A stretch of DNA of 63,607 nucleotides, counting the filler, from Choristocarpus tenellus KU-1152 (taxonomy: Eukaryota; Protista; Phaeophyceae), in NCBI GenBank assembly GCA_964200185.2. It is 12 parts of 12 records of this genome, joined end to end, with 100 filler letters (N's around TTAATTAATTAA, not from the genome) between each part and the next. Parts side by side here need not be neighbours in the genome. Positions count along the whole stretch, not along the records: positions 1 to 6,660 come from CAXNAD020007624.1; positions 6,761 to 12,452 come from CAXNAD020009990.1; positions 12,553 to 16,022 come from CAXNAD020019815.1; 9 more parts are not named here. One strand, 5' to 3'. The position numbers and the translations under genes are program-made. This document shows, in pieces, positions 1 to 12,689 of the stretch. The notes below the pieces were generated by a model. The model was not told where the DNA came from. It searched no databases and was given only the letters and a program-made list of their open reading frames with translations. Every line of letters begins with the position of its first letter. Position 1 is the first letter of the stretch.

Positions 1-2867
1 CCTGTATTGATGGGCACCGTATGCTGCAACCCCTTATCCCCCTTCTATGCAGATCAACACCCCCCGAACTCTCCCATCCCTCCCAAAAGAGTGATGAGGG
101 GGTTACATCAATGGGCAGCTTTTGGAAAAGAGTGTGTTGGTGCTTGAGTTTCTTTCTTTTCAACAGATGCAACCAGGCATTTCCTGTTTGAATAGGGAGG
201 TTTAGTGTTAGGGTTGTAGCAACTGAAGGCGTTCTTATACAGTCAGATGTTTTCCTCTTTATTAGGGTTAGAGACACGCCATGTTAGCTTCATCTCTGTG
301 TGCCAGGATAGCTCTCCCTGCTTTGTGATAACCTTGCCCCCCAATTCCGTGTGTTGCACCCCTAGCAATACATGGCATGGCAAGGTATAAATGCGTGCAG
401 TTGGACGAATGTAGTCGTTTGCCCCCAGCTGGAAGCAAAATTCCTTCACTTTTAAAGAACTATTTTGGACACCAAGTAAAGAGTAGTGAAAATTTCTAAT
501 TACCATATGTCTACGCAGGTATAATTTTGGCTCTGTAGCACTGCAGAGCTGAAGTATTTCACCCTGTATCCTCTACTTCAGTATCTTATCGAGTGTTTTT
601 CTATCTCACAATTGCACAACTGCCAAACAGTGAGGTAAATGGCACATGACGACCTGGTGCTATTTTTCTGTTGCATCAATAGGCAAGGTCAACACAAATA
701 TTTAATACGTTGTATTGTGTTAGCACGAAGTCTTTTTCCACTTGGATACACCCAGCCAAGTCACAATGCCTTCCAGCTGCTCCAGGGCGGTTTGGATTGG
801 AGGCTAGGGTTACACGTAATTTTTTAGTACTTCAATATTCACTTTCACACTCTGTGTTTCTGCATAACGATTGAAATATTCAAAACACACCCATTTCTCT
901 TTCAGATGGAGATGAAATTTAGTGATTGTAAAGAAGAGTGCATAGGTGCGACTCTTGAGGGATGGAAGAGTTGACGAACACACATTGTGCAAACATACGA
1001 TCCGAACATTAGGTTTTGTGAGAACGCTGAAAGTAGACAGAATGCACGATTGCACTTCCCTCCTTGCTTGAGGAGCAACACACCCTGTCCTGTGAGTTTC
1101 TTGTTGGTTGTGCCTTGTAGAGACCACTGCGGTGAACCCATTCTAGGGATGGGATGATCGCCGTTATCCTGTGATGCTGATATCGTTGTTGGGCGTTTTT
1201 TGTTACTGTGACATCACTCAAAGCTTTCAAGCAAACTGTAGCCACTTCAAGACAGGAGGAATCAATGTCCTGCAGTGCATGCGTGTACGCCAGAACACAA
1301 TATGATGAAATCCCACACAAGTACGTAACCTTGACATATACACAACTCTATAGGGTCCCTATAATACCTAACTGAAGGTGTGAAAATCCCAGAGTTAGGA
1401 CAGCTTGTGTGCATTGCAAGAGGAACCCTAACCCCCTTGGAAGAACACTAAAACTCACCGTGGCATAGTTAGGGATATGTATGCTGAGTTACAAATATAT
1501 CCCCACCTGCACCATGGAACGCAAGGTCAACAGGCAAATTTGTGCCCTGTTGTGAGTTCATTCACACCTAGCTCTATGTATTCGAAGAACTCACCCTGAC
1601 CAAGTGAGTACCAACACAAAAAAAAGTGGTATCGATTATTGAGCCAAAACAAAAATCGATACTAGCAAGTAGGTGAAGGTGTTACACTTGAAAAACGCAA
1701 ATCACTGTAGAGTTGTGGCTTAACCTAAACCTCTCTCCAGTTGACCACACACTGAACCCATTAGCATTGCTCAATTCACATCTATTCATGAGCTAGCCGT
1801 TCTAGAAGTGCTAAAATCATACTTGAAGAAACGACCCTACCCCTAATCACAAATTTACAAAAAAATGATGCATCACGAGAATAGCATCAACTTATCAACC
1901 AATCAAAAAGAAAAAAAGCATGGAGTAGTATGTTAGAATATTGTGTCACACGCTGCAGCATTGGTAGTAGATATGTGGCTTCAAAACCCTAACCATAACC
2001 AAAGTCAATCACACACTGCCCAGTGACAGCACTGAAAAAAAATACTTGCTTCTGAACAGAGTTGCAGACAAGCCCTTGAAAAAATTACAGGGGTCACTTC
2101 GTTGTTAGATTGCTGCTCGGGAAGAAGTGATGGTCACCAATGCAGCTTCCCCCCTCCTGTTTTGCGATATGGTTGAACATCTACTGCAGGAAGTGCTGAC
2201 AACTGCCACATCAAGGGGTTATCAACCCGATAGTCTTGATGAGGAAGGAAATTGTTATACTTCACAGTTTCAGCCTTATAGGTAATACCAGGTTGAATTG
2301 TCCACTGTGGTATGAATAGTCCCTCTTACTTTGAAGCACAAGTGTAGCAGGTGCTGCACTCTGTGACACCCTCTCCACACAGTGCACTGCAATCCTCAGA
2401 ACAGAAGCGGCAGCCAACCACCTACAAGAGTGCAGGCAAGGGGGTCATTTTTTATAGCAGGAGGACAGGCAGCCTCAGTGTTGGAGTGTATTGACGTTGA
2501 TACCTAGGACTTATTGGACTCAATTCAACCCAAACCAATCTCAGTCACTGTTGCCGATGCTCTGGTCAACCTTAGTCAGCCCTGCAAGTAGAGGCATGTG
2601 CACAAGTGATTCCTCGACAGTTAAATATGAGCACCTCAGTCACAAATCAAAATTTGTGGATCTTACCATTATTTCTACATATCATCATTATTACTAGTAG
2701 TACAATAGTAGTGTACTAGTACCATTATTATTTCTATTCATTCAAAGTAGAGACTATATCACATTATCAGTTTAATTACTGTCCTTTCCATTATTCCTAC
2801 AATTGATATCATTATCACTATACATTATTTCAAAGATTGACTTGTCGTATATACTATATATACTGTA

Positions 2868-4891
2868 CTTCCTCCGTTCGGAATTAAATATAATGTAAAT
2901 TTTGTAACCCCAATGAAGAAGCAAGTTTTTTTTTTACATATTCATATCATATGGGTGTATTGTGCAGACATAAAGAAGTTGCCCACCAAAATCTCAACCA
3001 GAATGTGGCAGTCTACACCCATCCATGTCTCCGCCCCTGAAGACCTCCAAGACTCCATTCCAATACAGTATTTCGCTACATCTACCAGAGCATTTGGGGG
3101 AAGCTTGCCCGCCTTCTCGGTCTTTTCCTTGCTAAGATGGGGAATTTTGAACACGTTGTCACCCTTTAATCGCACCGCTTCACCATAAACTGCGAAGAGG
3201 CTCTACGAGATGCGCTCTAGTGTCTGCGGTGGTACACATCAAGCACCTCTATCATAGCCTCCTCCAGCTCCTCCATATTGGTCACCCCCTCGCCTTCCTT
3301 CAGTTGCTGGATGGAATGAAATAATCTGAGGTTGTTGACGTTGAGGTCAAGTGAGTTGGCTGACTGGGTCTCTATGACAAGGTCATCCCCTGCCGCCTCC
3401 TCGATTGCCTCCATGATCCCCCCCTTGGTGTGTGGCTTTACCCCATCCTGCTATACAAAGATGGTGTGTCCTTCTGGCCTCGGCATGCAGGCCTTGAATG
3501 CTGGGATGACATCCTCAATCATGAGCTTCTTATACCTTTCGCCGTCCACTGTGGAGGGCACAAGTACCTTGGTACCCTTTGGGGAAGTCTTTGCTGGAGC
3601 GCCGAGCAACATTAATGTCCGCAATTGGTCAGATCCCGATTTTCCCATCGAATAACACCCTGTTGGAGACCTTCCTAGGGCAGGCCACAGCTGCAAGGAA
3701 CACCATCTTCATAATGTAACACTTACTCTGTGCCCATGGGGGGTTGAGAGGGTCCTCAGTGGGGTGCAGGTATACACCTTGCTCACCTTTGAGGACATAA
3801 AACCAATTCTCGTCCACATCCACCCAGTGAGTGAAAGTATCTTAGAGGGTACGAGTTTTTATCTGTTTGTCCATTTGGGGCTTGATTTCCCATGGCGTAT
3901 TTTTATTACATTTTCCTATTCCAAAATGTTTCGGAGTAGGTAGAATGTATACGTCATGAAAGTTGTGTCCGGAACAAGGATATTGACACTTCCCAACAAA
4001 CATGATAGCCAAAATTACATCAAAATCGCAACATTGGATTTTGGCCCCCAAATGGACGAGGCCCGACCCTCTAAGATACTTTGACTCAGTCATATATAGA
4101 TTGTCCACTAATACCCCCACTTCCCCCCATCCTGTGCATGTGGCAAATGAAGAAAGCCACCCTCTTGACTTTCTGCTGATCTGAGAGGACCGACTTAATC
4201 CACCGCTTGACCTTCTTCACCTTCTCACACTTGCACATATCCCACAACAAGGCAAGGGAGACTCCAGCTTTGGCCGTTCATTTTCAGAAGGGTGTGTGGT
4301 GTACCAATGGGACATCCCAAACATTGAGGATACCTGTGCTGCGGTCACATCATCCCTTGTGACACTGTACAAGGTTCATGCATTTACCCCCTGCGATCTG
4401 GCTGCCACACTCCTTCAGATGACGGAACGCAGTGATTCAGGAAATTCCGAAGTCCTCCGTGATGGCTGCTACCGTCCCCAAGGCATCCGAGTCTCACATC
4501 CTCGCACCTCCAGGCATCATGCCACTACGCTGCTCTTCGTTGGGGTGTTCGAGTCCTGACCCCAGACAGACTTCTGGATCGAAGAATTGGGAAAGATTGG
4601 ACGATGACGGTATGAGTAAGCCACTCAAACTATGAGGGCCCTTTGTCCTAGGCATCTAAATAAACACCCACCTTGACAGTTTCAAGAGGTGTTGAACCCT
4701 GTCAAATGAAGCTTGGTCGACTTTGCACTGGTGATCTTCCACAGTAATGATAGCCCATCACCTCAAAATTTGCATGCCTCCCGATCTATGTGAGAACTAA
4801 GCCTCCTCCCTAGGATTTACCACATGGGTTATTCCCGGGCAAGAACAGAGCTTGCAAAAGATGTGTTATATTTAATTCCAAACGGATGGAG
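2868..4891 (-). mobile_element. Tc1/mariner transposon, plant-mariner type, full length with a decayed transposase (copy 1)
   Basis: TA-flanked TIRs CTTCCTCCGTTCGGAATTAAATATAA / TTATATTTAATTCCAAACGGATGGAG. Minus-strand motifs VDENWFY, KMVFLAAVACPR, FDGKIGI, IFV*QDGVKPH and QSANSLDLNV, with stops and frameshifts. Confidence 0.93.
3829..4087. mobile_element. MITE subfamily C (259 bp) nested in mariner copy 1
   Basis: TIRs GAGT(G/C)AAAGTATCTTAGAGGGT with an AGT duplication on both sides. The empty site CCCAGTCAT is visible in mariner copy 2 near 34694. Confidence 0.93.
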
Positions 4892-6660
4892 TATATACAT
4901 ACATCAAAATGCAAAAAAATAATATATAGCACAAATGGCAAGTCCTTTTCAAGCTCGCTTTTATCTCCGTAGCAATAAGAGACAACCATCCCACGATATC
5001 ACAATGCAGCAGGCATGACCACATGAATGAAGTATTTCAAACATTTCCACGAAATACAAAAGTAGAAAAGAACGCAGATATAATTGTACCATTACATGGA
5101 ACTATCTTAGTGCTCACCTTGTACTGGGTGGTTGCAGCACCAACAATGTAGCAAGCAAACCATGAAAGTGTTGTGCATAAAATAGAAAGTCAAACCCTCT
5201 CAATTGTTTAAAGCATCTTCTTCGGGTCAAAAATGTGCTTCCATAGCTATAGGATCTCCAGGTCGCTAGAGCTCGACAACTGAGGAGCTACTAGTTTGTA
5301 GCTAGTCTCATTGGAGATACAAGCGATACGAATAACTGATCAAATCGTTCTTCCAGTGTATCTGTATTTACCTTGCCTGCGAAGCACCAGACTGGCCAGA
5401 CTTCACCCAACAAACAACTTGGGTGGCATTCCAAGGACATTCCAGTAGATTCGAGCCTCACAATGTCTCGTTCTGTCATCTAGTATTGCTCGAGAAGCAG
5501 ATTGTGGGGGCGTGTGCAAAAGGGTATGTGGTATTGCCTCGTGTGTGTTTGACTGACTGAGGTTGATGTGACAGATTCAAGGCCCCGTACACAGAGAGAG
5601 TGGAATTTACAAAGTGATTTACACATTCAGTTGGGGAGGGAGGGTGATCTCTCTCTCTCTCTCTCTCTTTTGTGTCTTCCTCCGCCCACTGTAGGGGGGA
5701 AAGATTGTTTCAGAACATGTCTGGGCAAAAAACAGACAGTAACAGACAAAAGTGGCTTCATATTGAGGCTCTTACCCCAAGTTTTGAACACTTCATTACG
5801 CGTGCACCTGTCGTGATCCTTGGCTGAAAAAGCTCTGTACTCTTTTTGTCAATCCAGGCCGTTCGTTGAGTGTCTTGCATGCTTGGGATTTGAAAAAAGA
5901 AAAACTGCTGTCTGGGTTTCGAATTACCTCACTGTAGCAAGTGTCATCCTGTCCCACAGTGCAAATAGGTGGGATTTCAGCTGGAGGAAGGGTAGCGATT
6001 GCCGTGGTGTCTGAGGCAGGAGAGCACTGGGTACACATGCAGTCCTCTTCACTCTTAGTCTTACAAAATTCGCTGCAATCATCCGCACAGAAGCGGCACC
6101 TTCACATTGCAAAGAATTTGACATCAGGCAAAAGGGGGGAACAGCAGCAGCTCTAGTTGAATCTTGAGAGAGCTCTCGTAACGCAATATGCATGAGAAAC
6201 ACCCATGGTGAGGAGGAGCTACATCCCTTTTCAGGGGCAGACAATTTCTGTTGAAAGGGCAACAGTTTGCCATGCAAGAAGTTTCTTACTGGTGTGCACA
6301 GGGGATGGGAGGGAGTCAGCGGTTATGGTCTGTTGGGTCGGATCTTCATTATTGGATATGAAATTTACTGACAATCTGGAATTTCAAGATGATCTTCGTT
6401 GGGGTGGGTGATGGCGTGTGGGTATGTGTTGATGTGGGTGGGTGGATGGGTATGTTCATATGCCTCTACGTGAGCTTGCCTCTCTGTGTCTGTGTATCCT
6501 TGTGCTACTTTTCTGGTCTCACGTTCATTAGATTGGAAATACTTCGAACTAATAATACTGGATGTGTTATAGTGCATCACATTGGAGAGGGGGTAGATCG
6601 AGCCTTGTCCTCAATTGACCAAGCCAAAGTATCTTGGAGGGCAGAGTCACGTCCATTTGG

Positions 6661-6760
6661 NNNNNNNNNNNNNNNNNNNNNNNNNNNNNNNNNNNNNNNN
6701 NNNNTTAATTAATTAANNNNNNNNNNNNNNNNNNNNNNNNNNNNNNNNNNNNNNNNNNNN
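6661..6760. other. Artificial contig linker N44-TTAATTAATTAA-N44, first of 11 (others: 12453-12552, 16023-16122, 19634-19733, 23325-23424, 28092-28191, 31427-31526, 37369-37468, 52700-52799, 57471-57570, 60928-61027)
   Basis: Identical 100-nt structure every time; the 12-mer carries stop codons in all six frames. There is also a separate 10-N gap at 36048-36057. Confidence 0.98.
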
Positions 6761-6983
6761 CGGTACCACGGTATAACGGTATATGGCATACGAGCAATAC
6801 GGTATAATAACAGACAAACATGCTTTCCGTATCCTTTCTTAATGGGACTTCATCAAGTGTAACACTGTTTTTGTCTTTTCGCGCATTTGCGCGCAGTTTT
6901 TGAAAATAGTTACGAAACACTGAAATAGGGGAAGGGGTAGGGGTGGGAAATAGGGCCTAGGGGTGGCCGTATCTCGTGAGGCG

Positions 6984-9900
6984 ATGCCAAATGACAATGT
7001 TTACCTCATTCAGGGGTATAGCGTATCCTTTCCCTCGGGAAAAAAACCTTTTCCATCACAATTTGCAGTAATGTCCAAGATGCTCCTAGGGTTGCGACAG
7101 GGCAAGAATTGTCTTCTCGAGAGTCCAACCGGAACAGGGAAGACCTTGGCTCTCCTCTGCTCTGCACTAGCGTGGCAGAGGCAACAAAGGTGAAGAATGA
7201 AGGTTTCCGTTTGTTTGTATGCTCTATTACATCCATTCCTAAACACCCGGAGTGAATATTTCGTCTCACTTTGCTCGTCCCCAGGCTCGACCTTGCAGAC
7301 AGCAAGGAAGAGATAGAGGAGGACGAGAAGTCTAGCATTAAGAGTATCGACACTGAACGGAAGGGTGAGTCCATTATCGATAATGTCAGTTATAGAGGAG
7401 GGCAAGACACTAACCCACAAGTGGGACCATCGCAGATTTCAAGGAGTGGGCCGATAGAGCTGGACTACGAATGCGAGATGAACACCCAAAAAACTGCTGG
7501 TCTGGAACAGACAAATAAAGATACAAAAGGCATTTTAAGTGATATATTTAGTGACGACGATGTGTTTGAGGATGCTAAGAAGAGGAGAAAGAAGACGAAG
7601 CGCATTTCCAAGAAAAGGAAGTATCGAGTCAAGGAAGAGAAATGTATCGAGGGATTGGACAATGTCGAGGGGGCTGACACAGTGCAAGACTGCCAACCAG
7701 ATTCATCTGGAAGCACACAATCCTCCACAGTACAGAGAAAGATCCAACAAGAGGAAGGTGCAAATATGACACCCTCGCGTATGGAGGAGGAGAGCGATCT
7801 GGGGGATGGCAAGGATGACGGAAAGATTAACACTTCAGTGGGTGTTGACATCAAGTCCAAGGCATCTGAGGTTGTCAAGGAGAAGAAGAAGAAAGTGCCA
7901 CGGGTGTTCTTCTGCTCACGGACACACTCCCAGCTGGGACAGGTGGTAGCAGAGCTCCGAACATGTGAAACTGCACTCGGACAAGTGTCTGTGGCAGAGG
8001 TAGGGAGTGATCAAGATCCATTTAGCATGACCTTGTTGTCCTCCCGCAAGAATGCATGCATTCACAAAACAGGTGAAGTATATGGGGGTATAGGTTATTT
8101 GCCGTGACACAAAGGGAAAGCTAATGCTGTTCAGCTGTTTGTTGGTGGCGTGTATGCACCTACCTCACTATTGCACTGGAAGTAGTTGTTGCTGGCTGTC
8201 ATGTCATACATGCACTGCACTGCCGAAGCAGACCTGCTACCTCTGCCATGCATAGGCTTTGGCAAAGTTTGATCCAGAAATCCTGTCCAGACTCGCTGAC
8301 ACTTACCTTCTCATTTTGATCCACACCCACAGCCATGAAGAACGACAAGGGTGTGGATGAGGCTTGCAAGAGTCTCCTCAAGGAAAACAGCTGCGCATAT
8401 TTCAGGTGTGGAATACGGTGTGGGTCTTGAGAACTGCAGGTCATTGGTGTATGCACCATCAAGGGAACTAGTTGTGCTAACCTCATGATAGAATTGAGGT
8501 ACCTTCCCCCTCACAGAGACTCAACCTTTTGCTTTTGTATATATTTCCCACGATCTTGAAAACTTACTACTTATTACTTACTACCTTGCACAATGCCAAC
8601 ACACTTGACACACTGGGGAATATTTGGTAATGGCATGAGTCATTAGACGGTCCAAGTCGATGGCAAAACTCCTTCCTCAGGTTTGGGATGTAGAAGACAT
8701 TGTTCGACTGGGGAAGGAGAACCATGCTTGCCCCTACTATGCTGCAAGGGAATCCCTGTACAATGCCGACCTTGTGTTTTGGTGAGGGAAGGGGTGAAGG
8801 GGGGAAACACTTTGTGACCCATTTCTACCATTTTTTGAATGCTTCATGACCTATACAATATATTCTGTGGTTATAGGGAGATCAATTTGATGGGGAAAGA
8901 AGCGTTCACCATGTGCACACACACACGCACACACAGGTGCATTTTCATATTTGTTAGATAAACAAATCGTTAAATACCAATGCTTTTAACTTGGTTGTGC
9001 TGTTGTATGTGTGATGTGATGGACTGGGGTCATACAACCTTAGTGGTCTGCCTGGTAGAGAATACAACATGTTCTAGGTATAGGGGTCAGAATACTACTA
9101 AGTGAAATATTAAGGAATACTGCCATAGTACCCTTGTTCTTGTCTTCTGGGGTGACCTTAACCCTGACTCCTTTCCCAATGCTGCACCCCTCCCAACCAC
9201 ATCCAACCTGTGTGTTATCTGAATACATCATCATTACAATTGCTGCTCCGGCTACTCCACACATGCTACTTGCAGTCCCTACAACTACCTGGTGAGGGAC
9301 CCTAATAATAGTCAATGATGTTTCCTCTTAATGTGGGGGTAGAGTGTTAAATTGAAGATGAGTGGATGTTGCATTTTATTTGCTGGTACTGAGATCTATG
9401 TGACGTAGTGAACTACTATTAATACTAGTAGGGTATAAGAAGCACCCTGGTCCTGCATGGGGAGACTACCATCCCATTGGTTCTTTGTGATAGCCTCTTC
9501 TGATCATACAAATGCACTGGTATGTGAATTGAGGAGTAAATGCATTCACTGCCTCCTGAATGGTTGTACTTAGGGCATGCTGTAGTATTTATTTCATACA
9601 GAATGTTTGTGTGTCATGCTTGAGCTCCAGTGATCCTCATTTGATATGGCACTGTTGGACCCAGTCTTTGCCTTGAAACACCTCACACTCAGGGTGTAGC
9701 TCTTGCATTAAAAGACAACACCACACAGGACTGAGCTGTTTCAACTGACCCCAAAATGTGGCCTGGTCCATGTCCTCATCAATAGAAACACCAGGCCCTC
9801 GATACTTCAAGCATTTCCAATTTGTCCAGAAATTTTAATATTTTCAATGTGTGTCTCCCCATTGAATGTCAACCCTTTGCAAGGTGGACCCTGTTGTTCG

Positions 9901-12004
9901 TGACATCATGGGTATCTCACTCAAGAACTCTGTGGTAATCTTTGACGAGGTCAGTTGATGGTGCAAATCTCTGCTGTGCTTTGTACCTCCTGTTGGGTGT
10001 ATAGATAAGGTATAGGCTTCAGTACAGTACGACTCTCCCAGTGTAAGGTATGTGTGCATGTAAGCCTGGCTTAATTGACATTAATTTACTTAATTGGTGT
10101 CATTGACACATATGCAATTGTCCTGTGCGTACCCAACCCACACATGCCTCAGGCGCATAATCTGGAGAGTGCTGCAAGGGAAGCAGCAAGTGCCAATCTG
10201 TCTTCATGGGCTTTGAGTGATGCTGTGACCCAGCTGAAGTCATTGAGCAAGAAGGGTGAGATCAATAACAAAATGATAAGCACTTTATTTGGATGGGGTG
10301 TTTTTTGAGAACCAAGACCTACTGAGTAGACAAGCACACTGGAATGAGGTACAGGCATTACAAGGGGGAATGGTCTATTCAAGTGCTATGAGTAAACAGC
10401 AGAATCGAAAATAGCTAGTACTGCTGATATGGTAGATGTCTTCGTGGGCCTTTGAACACTGATCTTTGGGTGTTGGAGGTTACATCCTGCGGTCATTCTG
10501 AAATTATGCCTACCCACTTTTATGGGTTGCGCTTGTACTTGGTACTACTATATTATTACTACATAGTGTAATGGTATATTCCATTTTCCAGAAACCCCCA
10601 TTCCTTGCTGAGACTCAGAAACACTTACCCTCATGTAGAACTCATTTGATCATCTAAATCCCACCTCTTATATTTCCTTTTGCTGAGCCTGTTCAGGCCT
10701 GGTTCTTGATTGGGCATACAACCGGTTGATTCCAATGGTTGAAGGGGTACGAGACTTCTTGCTTGAGGCAGAAGAGAATCTAACCAACAGTGGATACGAG
10801 CAGGTACAGTAAGCTTCACTGATGGTACCACACTTGTTCGAGGTAGGTAGGCATATGATACATGGTATTACCAATACATGCACACTACACACAGTGTTGA
10901 TGATCTTCCTTGTTTCTATGATGTGGAAGCAAAGTAAAATCTAGCCCAAGATGAAAGGCATCATACAATACCTTCTCATGACATGTGAGTACAGTGTCTC
11001 CTAACAGAGATTTGTATTGGTTGTTATTTAATATCCGTTGCCAACTGAAAATATATATATTATTTTTAAGCTGATAGCTGATATACTGGCAGAGAGAGAG
11101 GAAACCTCTATATAGCTTTATACTGACTAGTTTTCTTGGACTGCAATGATATATGGTCAACACATTCCTTGTTATTGTAATGAGTCATTGTACAACAATC
11201 ACGCTATATTCACAAACAAACAAAAAAATTAAATCCAGACTAGTGGTATTGACACACAAGAATTCTCTTCCAATACTGCCACGCAGGCACACAAGATATA
11301 CAGCGGGGAGCAGGCACTAGGACTAATGCATTCAAGGGCAGGGGTGACACCTGAGTCACTACCAGGTCTGAAGGAGGCATTGAATCGCATAGCCACAGAT
11401 GACCCTAGAGCTGATTCAACTGGGAACCCTGATGAGGTACTGTGGCAGAGGTTGATGTAGGGTAAGGACATATTGACCAGCTTCAATGTCCTTTCTTTTG
11501 GTTAAAGTATTTGATTTGTTCCTGGCTGTTACTGGCTGTCAAAGGAAAGATATTTTGTTGTTTAATTATGGCTATGGCGACAGATAACATTCAATACCCG
11601 CACCGCCCCCTCTTTTTTGTCACCATCCCTTGAGGACAAGTGGCATGCTTGCATTTTGACCCTGGTTACCTTGCCTTAAATTCACCTGCCCCCTGTCCCC
11701 TGCCCCTCCCTCGTGACAACGATGATATTAATAGGATCACATTGAGTCCACTCTGAGCAGTGGGGCTGTGTTGGTAGTGAGCTCATTACTGACAGTTCTA
11801 GGCTTCTTGGTGTCAGGGAACAGTATGGAAAATGTACCACATTACCGAATGGTCGTTCTCAAAGAGCGTCTTCGCTGGGGACAAGGCCGGGGGAGGCGCA
11901 AGGAAGGTCAAGGATCCATGCAGGGAGGGGGACTGAGGATGCAGACATTGCTTTGCTTCTGGTGCTTGAGCGCTGGAGTCTGTTTTGCTAAGATCAATGA
12001 CCTG
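6984..12004 (+). CDS. BRIP1: FANCJ/BRIP1-like Rad3/XPD-family Fe-S DNA helicase, 5' part (cut by the contig end)
   Basis: Phase-consistent GT-AG exons: 6984-7189, 7285-8072, 8333-8405, 8647-8781, 9276-9291, 9884-9949, 10153-10255, 10697-10803, 11287-11436, 11735-12004. Motifs: PSQ Q-motif, [40 protein letters not shown], Fe-S cysteines, CPYY, CPYNYL, DE|[12 protein letters not shown]. Confidence 0.9.
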
Positions 12005-12295
12005 GTGCGATTCCGCTCTTGTTTGGTTATTGTTGCAATACTACTGTTGTACTACTATTGTACTTCTATTGTTGTACTACAGGGTGCAAAAAAGAACAAG
12101 AAAATGCTAGGGAGAGTTAGGAAATATACCCAAGAGTTGCTCTGTTTGCTACATCTTTTTTTGTTTTGTTCCTTAACCCCTCTGTGTAAGTACTTTTTGT
12201 TATAGAAGCATCTTTACGTTACTACACAAAAATTGAAAAAATAATTGAAAACATGGCACTGCCTACCACAATCTGAGGAATAATTTTATTACAAA

Positions 12296-12452
12296 GGGTC
12301 AAAGTATCTGGGGGGGGGTGCTGGCGTCCGTTTTTCACCCTTTTTTCGATTTTCACTTTTTTGGTGTGATTCGGTCGCACGTGTCAGATTTGAAATGTCA
12401 GCAAAAATAAACGTTTGACCGAAACGGACACCCCCTCACAAACCACCCCCCC
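12296..12452. mobile_element. MITE subfamily A, cut by the contig end (other A pieces: 12553-12642, 15823-16022, 57399-57470)
   Basis: TIR GGGTCAAAGTATCTG followed by a G-tract. The internal sequence (TTTTCACCCTTTT...TTTGACCGAAACGGACACCCC) is shared between 12296 and 15823. Confidence 0.85.
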
Positions 12453-12689
12453 NNNNNNNNNNNNNNNNNNNNNNNNNNNNNNNNNNNNNNNNNNNNTTAA
12501 TTAATTAANNNNNNNNNNNNNNNNNNNNNNNNNNNNNNNNNNNNNNNNNNNNAAAATTTCAAAAAAAAAAAAAGTAGTTTACCCAAAACGGCCCCCCCCC
12601 CCCAAACCCCCCCCCCCCCCCCCCCCTTAGATTCTTTGACCCATCAGGAGGCTAACTTCATACTCGCTATACTCTCAGGGAAAATATTC

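Larger units (their letters stand above)
333..6288 (-). pseudogene. Multi-exon, probably decayed gene for a Cys-rich protein with CRFC-type repeats; function unknown
   Basis: Exon-like blocks with AG/GT borders: about 5929-6099 (CRFCADDCSEFC...GQDDTCYSE), 5371-5479 (ECHPSCLLGEVWPVWCFAGK) and one starting at 2421 (VVGCRFCSEDCSALC...CSTCYTC). Further candidate exons lie near 1120-1270, 750-805 and 333-452. The frame from 2421 runs through an in-frame TAA and some exon phases do not join cleanly. Confidence 0.4.

Noticed and set aside
6705-6716. Recurrent TTAATTAATTAA between N runs as a biological repeat or CRISPR-like array
   Set aside because: It is an artificial six-frame-stop linker joining contigs.
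7465-7878. Antisense ORFs over the helicase exons, and most other 60-130 aa ORFs in the track
   Set aside because: Shadow or chance ORFs in introns and TE debris with no motif or splice support.
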